From positions 1 through 48,550 of the forward strand of contig CAYRBG010000001.1 in the NCBI GenBank assembly GCA_964422355.1: 48,550 nt of DNA, read 5' to 3'. Both the position numbers and the translations under genes were made by a program. Origin of the DNA: an uncultured Sphaerotilus sp. Its GTDB lineage: Bacteria; Pseudomonadota; Gammaproteobacteria; Burkholderiales; Burkholderiaceae_C. Under the pieces are notes generated by a model. That model worked only from the letters and a program-made list of their open reading frames with translations, had not been told where the DNA came from and searched no databases. Of the stretch, positions 1 to 9,254 are shown piece by piece (within the stretch, counting starts at the first letter, position 1; every line of letters starts with the position of its first letter).

Positions 1-2
1 GC

Positions 3-122
3 CTGCCCGCCCTTCCCTCGCTGGCCGACCTGCCCAAGCCGAGCCTGCCGCCGCAGGTGAGCGAACTTGCAGCCAAGCTGCCGAAGCTTTCGGATCTGCC
101 CTTCCCGTCCGCGCGGTCCTGA
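3..122 (+). CDS. 3' end of an upstream gene (Pro/Leu-rich C-terminus, partial)
   Basis: Open frame from the window edge LPALPSLADLPKPSLPPQVSELAAKLPKLSDLPFPSARS*, host-like codons, followed by a terminator. Confidence 0.5.
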   Translation: MPALPSLADLPKPSLPPQVSELAAKLPKLSDLPFPSARS

Positions 123-140
123 ACTGCGCTCCCCAACGAC

Positions 141-170
141 AACGCCCACGAGGTTCTCGTGGGCGTTTTT
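141..170 (+). terminator. Rho-independent terminator
   Basis: AACGCCCACGAG-gtt-CTCGTGGGCGTT followed by a T run. Confidence 0.75.
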
Positions 171-312
171 CATCTCAGGCCACGACGGATCAACAAATCC
201 GGGCACCGACGACCCTCATGACATCTCGGACATCGACTTCCCGGCACCCTAGCTTCCACAGCCAGCGAGCTGTGTCGATGTTCCACCCTTCCGCGTTCAA
301 AAGGAGATGTTC

Positions 313-501
313 ATGCCTGATTCCAACGCCACTGTCCCGGTCGTTCGTCGCTCCCTGGCCGACCTCAAGCCCCAGGACATCCGACCCAAGGGTTACACGA
401 CCGGCCGCGGCGAAAACCCGCTCGCCTCGCTGGCCCACGCCATCCTGGCGCCGGTGATCGACGCCGGACCGTTGGAGCACCGGACGGACGACCGCAGCTG
501 A
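313..501 (+). CDS. Small hypothetical protein (~62 aa)
   Basis: AAGGAG RBS at 301-306, ATG at 313 (or 307), GC3-rich codons. Confidence 0.55.
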   Translation: MPDSNATVPVVRRSLADLKPQDIRPKGYTTGRGENPLASLAHAILAPVIDAGPLEHRTDDRS

Positions 502-521
502 GCGCACAAACCGCCCTGGCT

Positions 522-671
522 TCACTTCCCTTCGGAAGCAGGCGGGGCGCCGTCCTGAGGCTCCGGGACATCCGTGCCGGCAGCCTTCTTCTGCGCCTTC
601 TCGGCCTTCTTGCGCTTCTTTTCCTGCTCGCGCTGGCGTTTCTCGAACTGATAGTTGGGCTTCATCGCCAT
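522..671 (-). CDS. Small basic protein (49 aa, KPNYQFEKRQRE...KK)
   Basis: AGGA RBS before ATG; Lys/Glu-rich helix of a type I recognise from proteobacterial small proteins. Confidence 0.7.
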   Translation of the reverse strand: MAMKPNYQFEKRQREQEKKRKKAEKAQKKAAGTDVPEPQDGAPPASEGK

Positions 672-753
672 GGCGTTCCTTTGAATTTCCGTGGAACACC
701 ATACCCGATCGACGGGCCCCGCCTGGGAAATATGTGTGCGACACCGCAGCGGG

Positions 754-1386
754 TCAACTTCCCGCACACCCGAGGTCGACGCGCTGCATGTAGGCAACCG
801 GCCTGGGCCACCCGGCCGCCTGCAGGTCAGGCTCATCCAGGGTGAGCATGGCGTTGATCCAACCGGCATGTCCCACCACCAACCTCGGCGCCACTGCCGC
901 TCCCGCTTGGCTCCTGGCGCCCTGCAGCACCGCCAGGACACGGGCCCGGAGCCGATGCACCGACTCGCCTTGCCCTGGCGCGTGGTTCACGAAGTCGGCA
1001 TCCCACGCCGCGAAGTCCTCGGCGGTCAGGCTTGACCAGAACCGGCCATCCCAAGCCCCGAAGTCCATTTCCTGCAACAGTGGATCAATGTGGTGGGTCC
1101 AGCCCCACCGGCGCAGGCAGCGCCCCACGTCGGCGCTGCGCCTGAGTGGCGAGGTCCAGATTTCGGCAGACCAGCCCTGCCTTCGGGCCCAGCGGCGAAT
1201 CCGGTGCGCCAGCCGCTTGGCGCGGCGCGGGTCCACCGGCAGATCGGTGCAACCGATGCAACGCCCCGCCGCCCCTTCCGGCTTGGGATGGCGCCAGATC
1301 ACGATGAGGGTCCGATCATCCATGCCGTCGACAGGCCTCTTCGAACTCATGGGGTGCCCCCCTCCGTCGTCGAAACGGATCGTCAC
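754..1386 (-). CDS. Histidine phosphatase family protein (alpha-ribazole-phosphate phosphatase-like)
   Basis: WRHP, TSPLRR, LQEMDFGAWDG, GES and VVGHAG motifs; last gene of cob operon; start may be 1350. Confidence 0.85.
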   Translation of the reverse strand: MTIRFDDGGGHPMSSKRPVDGMDDRTLIVIWRHPKPEGAAGRCIGCTDLPVDPRRAKRLAHRIRRWARRQGWSAEIWTSPLRRSADVGRCLRRWGWTHHIDPLLQEMDFGAWDGRFWSSLTAEDFAAWDADFVNHAPGQGESVHRLRARVLAVLQGARSQAGAAVAPRLVVGHAGWINAMLTLDEPDLQAAGWPRPVAYMQRVDLGCAGS

Positions 1387-1401
1387 CGCCGCCCACCCTC
1401 A

Positions 1402-2268
1402 TCAGGCCCCCGGCTCCGGACCCTCCGGCAACGTCATCGGCGCATGCAGCTCGGCACTCACGTCCGACCAGGCCAGCGAGGCCAGCCACACGATCAGCAT
1501 CAGCAACTCGCTGAACTGCTGTGAGGCGCCCAGCGTGTCGCCGGTGTAGCCGCCCAGGCGCTTGCGGTACCAGCGTGCACAGACCAGCATCGCCACGATG
1601 CCACCCGTCAGCGACATCGTCACCGAGGTGGAGTCGCCGAGGATCACGACCAGCGCCGTGATGGTCGCCAACACGGTGGCCAGCACCACGACCAGCCCTC
1701 CGCCGGACACCTGCTGCGCCAAAGGCTTGGCCTTGGCGTGCTCGGGATCACCGGCGTAGGGCAAGAGCCACAGCAGCGCCACGGGAACGGCGCGCGAGGC
1801 CACATGGCCCCAGACCATCACCGCCGCCGTGTGGAACAGATCGAAGATGGCCAGCTCGTACAGCGCCACCGCCTTCAGGCCCAGCACAAAAAACAGGCCC
1901 AGCGCACCGTAGCTGCCCAGGCGGGAGTCCTTCATGATGGTCAGCGCGCGCTCGCGGTCCACCGCCCCTCCCAGGCCGTCGCAGGTGTCGGCCAGGCCAT
2001 CCTCGTGGAAGCCGCCGGTCAGCCAGACCGTCGCGGCCATGGACAGCCCCACCGCGACCGATGCCGGCAAGACCTGTCCCGCCGCGATCAGCACCGACGC
2101 GCCGAAGCCCCCTACCACCAGCCCCACCACGGGGTAGTAGCGCGCACTGGCGTTCATCCACGCCGGGTCGTAGCCCACCCATGCGGGAATGGGGATGCGC
2201 GTGAAGAACTGCAGCGCCAGGAAAAACAGGCGCAGCTCGTGGCGCAGGACGATGTACAGCGAATTCAT
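1402..2268 (-). CDS. cobS: Adenosylcobinamide-GDP ribazoletransferase (cobalamin synthase)
   Basis: ALQFFTRIP, TGGFHEDGLADTCDGLGG, IMKDSRLGSYG, GGYTGDTLGA motifs. Confidence 0.95.
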   Translation of the reverse strand: MNSLYIVLRHELRLFFLALQFFTRIPIPAWVGYDPAWMNASARYYPVVGLVVGGFGASVLIAAGQVLPASVAVGLSMAATVWLTGGFHEDGLADTCDGLGGAVDRERALTIMKDSRLGSYGALGLFFVLGLKAVALYELAIFDLFHTAAVMVWGHVASRAVPVALLWLLPYAGDPEHAKAKPLAQQVSGGGLVVVLATVLATITALVVILGDSTSVTMSLTGGIVAMLVCARWYRKRLGGYTGDTLGASQQFSELLMLIVWLASLAWSDVSAELHAPMTLPEGPEPGA

Positions 2269-2343
2269 CTCAGATCCCGGGCAGATGGTCCCGGCCCAAG
2301 CCCATCGCACCAAAGTGCGTTCGAGCCAGGGCCCACTCCACCG

Positions 2344-3393
2344 TCAAGCCGCCGATCCATCCTTGTTGGACACCCCGGCCGACTCGAAACTGGCCATCTC
2401 TTCCAGGATGCGACAGGCCGACACCAGCAGCGGCCAGGCCAGGGCGGCGCCCGAACCCTCGCCCAGGCGCAGACCCAGGCTCAGCAGGGGCTGGGCGTTA
2501 AGTTGGTCCAGCATCAAGCGGTGTCCGGACTCGTCCGACTGGTGAGCGAACACGCAGCGCTGCAGCACGTTCGGCTGCAGGCGGGAGGCGATCAGCACCG
2601 CCGAGCTGACGATGAAGCCGTCGACCAGGATGATGCGGCGCTCGGCGGCGGCCTGCAGGACAGCGCCCACCATCTGCGCGATTTCGAATCCCCCCAGGGC
2701 GGCCAGCACCGCCAACGGGTCCTGGACCTCGGCATGGCGCGCCAGCACACCGCGCAGCACCTCGACCTTGCGCTGCAGCGCCGCATCGTCCAGGCCGGTG
2801 CCCCGACCCGCACAGCGCTCAATGGGCTGGCCGCTCAGGCGCGACAGGATCAGCGCCGCCGAAGACGTGTTGCCGATGCCCATCTCCCCAAAGATCACGG
2901 CGTTGCCGGGCAGCGAGCGCACCACGCCCGCGCCGGCCTCCATCGCCGCGGCGCACTCGTCAGCACTCATCGCCGGGCCCTGGAACATGTCGGCCGTGCC
3001 CGGCGCGATCTTGCGCACCACCAGGCCCGGACGCGGCGCAAACTCGTGGCGCACGCCGGCATCCACCACCGTCAAGGACAGGCTGTGCTGGCGCGCCAGC
3101 ACGCTCACCGCCGCACCGCCGGCCAGGAAGTTCTCGACCATCTGCCAGGTCACGTCGCTGGGATACGCCGACACCCCGCGCGCCGCCAGGCCGTGATCGC
3201 CCGCGAACACGATCACCTGCGGCTGCACCAGCACCGGACGCTCCGTGCCCTGGATGGCGCCCAACTGCATCGCCAGCTTTTCCAGCAGCCCGAGCGAGCC
3301 CAGCGGCTTGGTCTTGTGGTCGATGACGTGCTGCAGGCGTACCGCCAGGGTGGCGTCGTTCAGGTCGGGGATCGAAGGCAGGGTGTAGGTCAT
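2344..3393 (-). CDS. cobT: Nicotinate-nucleotide-dimethylbenzimidazole phosphoribosyltransferase
   Basis: [33 protein letters not shown] motifs. Confidence 0.95.
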   Translation of the reverse strand: MTYTLPSIPDLNDATLAVRLQHVIDHKTKPLGSLGLLEKLAMQLGAIQGTERPVLVQPQVIVFAGDHGLAARGVSAYPSDVTWQMVENFLAGGAAVSVLARQHSLSLTVVDAGVRHEFAPRPGLVVRKIAPGTADMFQGPAMSADECAAAMEAGAGVVRSLPGNAVIFGEMGIGNTSSAALILSRLSGQPIERCAGRGTGLDDAALQRKVEVLRGVLARHAEVQDPLAVLAALGGFEIAQMVGAVLQAAAERRIILVDGFIVSSAVLIASRLQPNVLQRCVFAHQSDESGHRLMLDQLNAQPLLSLGLRLGEGSGAALAWPLLVSACRILEEMASFESAGVSNKDGSAA

Positions 3394-3496
3394 GGTCAGG
3401 CCGGCCGATGGGCCGATGACAGGAATGGAAAGGAATCAACAGGGCCGCCGGGCGAGCACGCGAATGCCCCGCACGAGATCCACAGCGAGACGCGGC

Positions 3497-5053
3497 TCAT
3501 CGGGACAACAAGCCCATCAGTGCTCCGGGCGCAAAGTGCCGGTCGATGTAATCGGCCAGGCCATCGAAGACGGTGTCCAGCGTGCGGCACTGCGCGCCAA
3601 ACAGAGCGTGCAACACCTCCGGCGACTCGAACAGGCCGTGGGCATACAGGCCCAGCACCGGGCCCTGCTGCCAGCCGATCACCTCACCGGCCGCGTCGAA
3701 CAGAGCGTTGGCGGGAGGCGGCAGGCCTGCGTGCGGCACGGTGCGACCATGGCGGATCTCGTAACCCTCGAAGCTCACGCCGGACAGGGCCTGCCACGGC
3801 CCTTGCAGGTCATGGGCAAAGCGGGCCCGCGTGGGCGTGAGCCGCTTGTCCGGCTCGAACTGCGTGACCAGGGGCAGCAGCCCCAGGCCGGGACCGTTGG
3901 CCCCCAGGAAAGCGCCAAGGTTGTGCATGCCTGCGGAGCCGGCGAGCCCCTGATCAGCGCGACCTTGCTCGACAGGGGACGGACCGGACCCTTCCACCCC
4001 ATGCAGGTCGATCAGCGCCTCACCCAGCATCTGCAGCCCCCCGCAGATGCCCATCACGGCCTTGCCGGCGCGGGCATGAGCGGCCACGGCCGCGTCCAGC
4101 CGCTGCGCGCGCAGCCAGGCCAGATCGCCGCTGGTGTGCTTGCTGCCGGGCAGGATGATCCAGTCCACGCCGTCGAGATCCGCGGGCTGGCGCGCCCAGC
4201 TCAGGCGCACCTGCGGCAGGTTGCGCAGGGGTTGGAATTCATCGAGATTGCTCAGCCGCGGATAGGCCACGACCGCCACCCGCAGTGGCCGTTCGCCCTG
4301 CCCGCCCGTGACGCGGTCATCAAAGACGCCGTCTTCTTCGGGCAGGCCGTGCTCGCGCCACATCGGCAGCACGGCCAGGGTGGGCACGCCGGTCAGGACC
4401 TGAAGCTGTTCCGGGCCCGGCGACAGCAACGACGCATCGCCACGGAAGCGGTTGAGCACAAAGCCCCGGATCAAGGCCCGCTCGTCCGCCGGCAGCAGTT
4501 GGTGTGTGCCGTACAGGTGCGCGAAGGCGCCGCCACGGTCGATGTCGGTCACCAGCAGGCAGGCGGCATCGGCCGCCTTGGCGGTGCGCATGTTGACGTA
4601 GTCGCTGCTGTGCAGGTTGATCTCGGCGGGCGATCCCGCGCCTTCGATGACGACCACGTCGTTCTCGGCCCTCAGCGCCTCCAGACCCGCGCGGGCGTGG
4701 GGCCACAGGGCCTCGCTGCGCTGGCGCCAAGGCACTGCGGCCAGCTCGCGGTTGACCTCGCCGTTGACGACCACCTGGCTGTGCGTGTCGTGCTCGGGCT
4801 TGAGCAGCACCGGGTTCTGGCGCACCTCGGGCAAGGTGCGTGCGGCCAGCGCCTGGAAGTACTGCGCGCTGCCGATCTCGCCCATGCGCCCGCCCGGCGC
4901 GGGCACGACGCGGGCGTTGTTGCTCATGTTCTGCGCCTTGAACGGCGCCACCTTGAGGCCCTGGCGGGCGTACCAGCGACACAGGGCCGTGGCCAGCCAG
5001 CTCTTGCCGGCCCCACTGGTGGTGCCCAGGACCATGACGGCGCGGGCGCTCAC
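3497..5053 (-). CDS. cobQ: Cobyric acid synthase
   Basis: GTTSGAGKS, PFKAQNMSNN, EGAGSPAEIN, GICGGLQMLG, GYEIRHG, GLYAHGLFE. Confidence 0.95.
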   Translation of the reverse strand: MSARAVMVLGTTSGAGKSWLATALCRWYARQGLKVAPFKAQNMSNNARVVPAPGGRMGEIGSAQYFQALAARTLPEVRQNPVLLKPEHDTHSQVVVNGEVNRELAAVPWRQRSEALWPHARAGLEALRAENDVVVIEGAGSPAEINLHSSDYVNMRTAKAADAACLLVTDIDRGGAFAHLYGTHQLLPADERALIRGFVLNRFRGDASLLSPGPEQLQVLTGVPTLAVLPMWREHGLPEEDGVFDDRVTGGQGERPLRVAVVAYPRLSNLDEFQPLRNLPQVRLSWARQPADLDGVDWIILPGSKHTSGDLAWLRAQRLDAAVAAHARAGKAVMGICGGLQMLGEALIDLHGVEGSGPSPVEQGRADQGLAGSAGMHNLGAFLGANGPGLGLLPLVTQFEPDKRLTPTRARFAHDLQGPWQALSGVSFEGYEIRHGRTVPHAGLPPPANALFDAAGEVIGWQQGPVLGLYAHGLFESPEVLHALFGAQCRTLDTVFDGLADYIDRHFAPGALMGLLSR

Positions 5054-5111
5054 AGCACACGCGCCTCAGAGCGCCGACCACCCACGGTCTTCGCCGAACA
5101 ACCGGTCCCGT

Positions 5112-6788
5112 TCATGCCGCGGGATACACGCCGTAGGGATAGCCGGGCATACCTGGGCCGCAGGCCCAACCCAAGGTCGGAGCGCCCGGATGGCCTTGCG
5201 GTGCGGCCGGAGGCACGACCTGCGGGTGGCCCATGGATGTGGGCCATACCGGCACCGGTGGCATGTGCGCTGGCGCCTGCGGCATCGGATACGGAAGCAC
5301 CTGCGCAGACACCTGCCCCGGCCACAGTCCTGCCGGCATCGTGGGCACCAAGGGCGCGCCCGCACCGGCGCCTGCGGCGTAAGGCGGGTTCTCATGCAAA
5401 GGCGCGGCGTTGAGCGCCCCGCTGGCGGGACGCGGAGCCCCGGTCACGGCATACCAAGCCTCCCTCAGCGCCTGCTGCGCCTCGGGCGACTGCACGCTCA
5501 CGCGCGCCCATCCCGGCAAGCCCATCGACGTCGTGTCGCGCAGCTTGACACCGAACTGCCGGAGGGCGGGCAACACCGAAGCCATTTCACGGCCGGATTC
5601 CTGGACCCACGTGACCACGCCGAACGGTGTCGTGCTCGGGTGTTCGCGCCAGCCCAGCTCGGCATAGAGCGCCTGCTGGCTGGTTTTCCACTGGCGCAGC
5701 GTGTCCAGGCAGGCGTGCACCCAGGCCAGCGTTTCGGGGCGGGCCCAGCACGACAGCATCGCCACGCCATCCGCCCCCAGCGGCCAGGAGGGCTGCAGAG
5801 CATTGACCCGCTGCAGCACACTGGCGGGAGCCAGGGGATTCAACGGATCCGGTCGTCCCTCTGCCCCGGCCGGCGCCACCGCATAGGCACCGCGCACCCC
5901 GGTCACGCCCAGGGCCTTGTTGGGTGACCACAGCTGCCAAGCGTCGGTGGGCATCGGATGGGCCAGGCCGTCGAGCTGCAGCGGCGCATAGGCCCGGTCG
6001 ATCACCGTCACGGCGTCTGGCCAGCGCAGCCCCAGGCCCTCGGCTTCACCCAGCGGGCTGCCCGGTTCGGTGTGCCAGACCAGGGCTGGACCCTGGACCG
6101 GCACCGGCTCAAACGCCGGCTCGAAACGAGGTTCGACCACCGGCCTACGCTGCACCGAAGGGCAGTTCCAGCGATCACCGTCGTCTTCGTCGAAGTCGCC
6201 GTCCCACTCGTCGCCATCGTCTTCGTCGTACCCCCCGTCCGCCTCGAAGCTGTCTTCGAGCGGCTCGTCCAGTTGGGCGTCCTGCCAGGCACGCCCTCCG
6301 TTCCAGGCCTGGAACGCCATCTCGTCGGCCCGCGATTCGGCCTCGGAGGCACGCATTGCGGCTTCGGCCTGAAGGTCGCCACCGGTCACGGGCTCCAGGC
6401 CGTGGGCCAGAGCGGCGCGGGCATAGTCGCCATAGCCGGGCAGCGGCACCAGGACGCGGGCGCCCGGTTGAGCCAAGGCGACCACTGTGGTCATGCGGCC
6501 GATGAACTCGCTGGCACTGGCGGCCAGCACGATGCGCTCCGGGGCCACACCGTGCAGGTCGGCCAATTGGCGACGCAGGCCGGTGTAGGCAGGGTCCGGG
6601 TAATGCTGCCGGTCGGCCAGGGCCAGCGCCTGCATGAGCATCGGCGCCGGTCCACAGGCGTTGGCATTGGTGGAAAAGTCCCAACGCGGCACGCCCTGCG
6701 CGTCGGGGCCACCGTGCCACTCGACCATCGCCGGAGCCGTGACCACCGCAGGGGCCGTCCACTCGTGAGGAAAAAATTCAGGTTTCAT
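5112..6788 (-). CDS. Threonine-phosphate decarboxylase (PLP class I/II; Salmonella CobD / Pseudomonas CobC type) with acidic insertion and Pro-rich tail
   Basis: HGG, DFSTNAN, YPD, IDRAY, SPNKALG..GVRGAY (PLP lysine), LRD..SMGLPGWARVSV; cob operon context. Confidence 0.85.
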   Translation of the reverse strand: MKPEFFPHEWTAPAVVTAPAMVEWHGGPDAQGVPRWDFSTNANACGPAPMLMQALALADRQHYPDPAYTGLRRQLADLHGVAPERIVLAASASEFIGRMTTVVALAQPGARVLVPLPGYGDYARAALAHGLEPVTGGDLQAEAAMRASEAESRADEMAFQAWNGGRAWQDAQLDEPLEDSFEADGGYDEDDGDEWDGDFDEDDGDRWNCPSVQRRPVVEPRFEPAFEPVPVQGPALVWHTEPGSPLGEAEGLGLRWPDAVTVIDRAYAPLQLDGLAHPMPTDAWQLWSPNKALGVTGVRGAYAVAPAGAEGRPDPLNPLAPASVLQRVNALQPSWPLGADGVAMLSCWARPETLAWVHACLDTLRQWKTSQQALYAELGWREHPSTTPFGVVTWVQESGREMASVLPALRQFGVKLRDTTSMGLPGWARVSVQSPEAQQALREAWYAVTGAPRPASGALNAAPLHENPPYAAGAGAGAPLVPTMPAGLWPGQVSAQVLPYPMPQAPAHMPPVPVWPTSMGHPQVVPPAAPQGHPGAPTLGWACGPGMPGYPYGVYPAA

Positions 6789-6830
6789 GGAATCCAGTTG
6801 TCGAGGCCGAAGAGGCTCCGTTGCCCCTCT

Positions 6831-7844
6831 TCAGCGGAACAGCAGTGTGAACGCCAAGCCCAGCCACAGCCACTCGGGGCTGTCCCCAAGCATCACGGCC
6901 GCAGGCGGCGCTGCCCACACTTGCGCAGACAGGAGTGTGCCTGCACTGAGCAGGCATCCGGCCCACGCCGCGGTCGAGGCGTGGAACAGTGCCGCTCTCA
7001 TGTCGATCCCTTCGGGCGCACGGCCCTCGGCGTTGAGCACATAGACCCCGGGCTTGGACAGGCGCACGCCCAGCCGCAGCGCCATGGCGCCCATGGGCCA
7101 GCCCCCGTTCGGCGAAGGGGTGTACCCGGCTTCGTTCCACAGGCGCTTCCAGTGCGACAGGTTCAGGCTGGGGCTCAGCAGCAGCGCGGTCAGGCGTGCG
7201 CCCGGCCAGGACAGCACGTCGTCGGCCCAGGCGGCCCACTTGCCGGCCCACTCCCACTCGCCGCGGTAGCCCCACATCGCATCGGCCGTGTTGGCCAGCC
7301 GGTAGAGCGCCACGCCCGGCAGGCCCAGCAGCACGAACCACAGCAGCGGCGAGATGACCGAATCGTTCAGGTTTTCGGCCAGCGTCTCGATGGCGGACTC
7401 CCGCACCTGCTCCGCGTCGAGCTGGCGCACGTCCCGGCTCACCAGCCAGGACAGGCGCTCCCGCCCGGCATCCAGGCCGCGCCGCAGCGCGTCCTCGACC
7501 GCCGAGACCTCGCGGTGCAACAAGCGCCATGCAAACAGCGGCTTGAGGATCACGCCCAGCCCCAGCGCCGCCAGAGGCCACGGCAGATTCAGCAGACCGA
7601 GCTGCAGGCCCAGGGCCACGCCCATCACGGCCAGCGCCAAACCCATCCACGCCAGCAGCCCACCCACAAACGCCAAGGCCGGAGCAGCCCCTTTCACCCG
7701 GCGCCCGATCGGGCCGAGCACCTGCCCCAGCCATGCCACCGGATGCCACCGGTTCGGCGGATCGCCCCACACCTGATCGATCGCCCAGGCCACGATCACG
7801 GCCAGGGCGAGGGTCCACCAGGGCAAGGCGAGGCCGGACAGCAT
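6831..7844 (-). CDS. cbiB: Adenosylcobinamide-phosphate synthase (CbiB/CobD)
   Basis: GDP..WHPV, LVSRD, ETLAENLNDSVISP, YRLANTADAMWGY, SPNGGWPMGAMA. Confidence 0.93.
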   Translation of the reverse strand: MLSGLALPWWTLALAVIVAWAIDQVWGDPPNRWHPVAWLGQVLGPIGRRVKGAAPALAFVGGLLAWMGLALAVMGVALGLQLGLLNLPWPLAALGLGVILKPLFAWRLLHREVSAVEDALRRGLDAGRERLSWLVSRDVRQLDAEQVRESAIETLAENLNDSVISPLLWFVLLGLPGVALYRLANTADAMWGYRGEWEWAGKWAAWADDVLSWPGARLTALLLSPSLNLSHWKRLWNEAGYTPSPNGGWPMGAMALRLGVRLSKPGVYVLNAEGRAPEGIDMRAALFHASTAAWAGCLLSAGTLLSAQVWAAPPAAVMLGDSPEWLWLGLAFTLLFR

Positions 7845-7853
7845 GGAAAACGC

Positions 7854-8423
7854 TCAGTCCTCGATGCCGCGCTGGGCGGGCACACCGGCCTGGAAGTGGT
7901 GCTTGACCAGCTTCATCTCGGTCACGGTGTCGGCCAGGTCCACCAGCTCCTGCGGCGCGTTGCGGCCGGTCAGCACCACGTGCACGTGCGCCGGGCGCTC
8001 GCGCAGCGCCTGCAGCACCGGCTCCAGCGGCACCCAGCCGTAACGCAGCGGGTACATGATTTCGTCGAGCACGACGAGGAAGTGCTCACCGGCGCGGATC
8101 GTCGCCTCGGCGCGCGCCCAGCCGTCGCGGGCCAGTTGAGCCGAGTGCTCCAAGTCCTTGCTCTTCCAGCTGAAACCGTCGCCCAGGCCCTCGATGGGCA
8201 CGCCCAGTTGCTCGAACAGGCGGTGTTCGCCAAAGCGGGCACTGGGCACCTTCATGAACTGGTAGATCTTGACGGCTTTGCCGCGGCCGTAGGCGCGCAG
8301 CGCCAGCCCGAAAGCGGCCGTGCTCTTGCCCTTGCCGTCGCCGGTGTGCACCAGCACCAGGCCGCGGCGCTCACCGTCGGCCACGATGCGCTGCCGGTCC
8401 ACCGGCGGTTGTTCGATCTCCAT
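7854..8423 (-). CDS. cobO: Cob(I)yrinic acid a,c-diamide adenosyltransferase
   Basis: TGDGKGKSTAAFGLALRA, VVLDEI, LTGRNAP, KHHFQAGVPAQRGIED. Confidence 0.95.
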   Translation of the reverse strand: MEIEQPPVDRQRIVADGERRGLVLVHTGDGKGKSTAAFGLALRAYGRGKAVKIYQFMKVPSARFGEHRLFEQLGVPIEGLGDGFSWKSKDLEHSAQLARDGWARAEATIRAGEHFLVVLDEIMYPLRYGWVPLEPVLQALRERPAHVHVVLTGRNAPQELVDLADTVTEMKLVKHHFQAGVPAQRGIED

Positions 8424-8447
8424 GGGGTCTCCAGAAAACGTGGGGGA

Positions 8448-9254
8448 TCAATCCAGTCGCGGCAGAGCCACCCAGCGGCCCTCCACCTCGACGATGCGCA
8501 CGGCCCCGCCGAACACCTCGGTCAGGGCGGCATGCACGGCCGGCTCCTGGCTCGGTCCAACGGCCCGCACCTCCCCCGCCGCCAGCACCACCAAGCGGTC
8601 GGCCGCCAGCGCGAGGGGCAGATCATGCAACACGCTGACGACCGTGCCTTGCCGGCCCAGGCGCGACATCAGGCGCACCAGCGCGGCCTGGTGCGGCGGA
8701 TCGAGGTGCGTCGTCGGCTCGTCCAGCAACAGCACGTCGGCCTGCACGGCCAGCGCACGCGCCAGCAGCACCCGCTGGCGTTCGCCGCCCGACAGCTCGG
8801 ACAGGCGGCGATGCTGCCAGTCCACGCACTCGGTTTCGCGCATGGCCTCCTGCACCACGGCCTCGTCGGACGGGCCGGGTGAAGCGAGCAGTCCCAGATG
8901 GGGCAGCCGCCCCAGGTGCACGATGTCGCGCACCGTCAGATCGCCCGTGGCTTCGGCCTGCTGGGCCAGCCAGGCCAGGCGGCGGGCACGGTCGGTGAGC
9001 GACCAGTCGGCCACCGGGCGTCCCAGCAAGCGCACCTCTCCGGAATGCACCGGCAGCAGTCCGGCCAAAGCGCGCAGCAGCGTCGACTTGCCGGCGCCAT
9101 TGGGCCCCACCACGGCGGTCCAGCCCGTCTCGAACGCCACGTTCAGGCCACGCAGCACCTCGCGGCCACCGAGGCTCACGCGCACGCTGCGGGCCTCCAG
9201 ACTCGGTCCCGAAAACGCCGCTGCATTCGGCTGCATGCCTGTTCCCATGCTCAC
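8448..9254 (-). CDS. Cobalamin ABC transporter ATP-binding protein (BtuD-like)
   Basis: GPNGAGKST, LSGGERQR, LLLDEPTTHLD, VLHDL; GTGA overlap with the permease stop. Confidence 0.9.
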   Translation of the reverse strand: MSMGTGMQPNAAAFSGPSLEARSVRVSLGGREVLRGLNVAFETGWTAVVGPNGAGKSTLLRALAGLLPVHSGEVRLLGRPVADWSLTDRARRLAWLAQQAEATGDLTVRDIVHLGRLPHLGLLASPGPSDEAVVQEAMRETECVDWQHRRLSELSGGERQRVLLARALAVQADVLLLDEPTTHLDPPHQAALVRLMSRLGRQGTVVSVLHDLPLALAADRLVVLAAGEVRAVGPSQEPAVHAALTEVFGGAVRIVEVEGRWVALPRLD

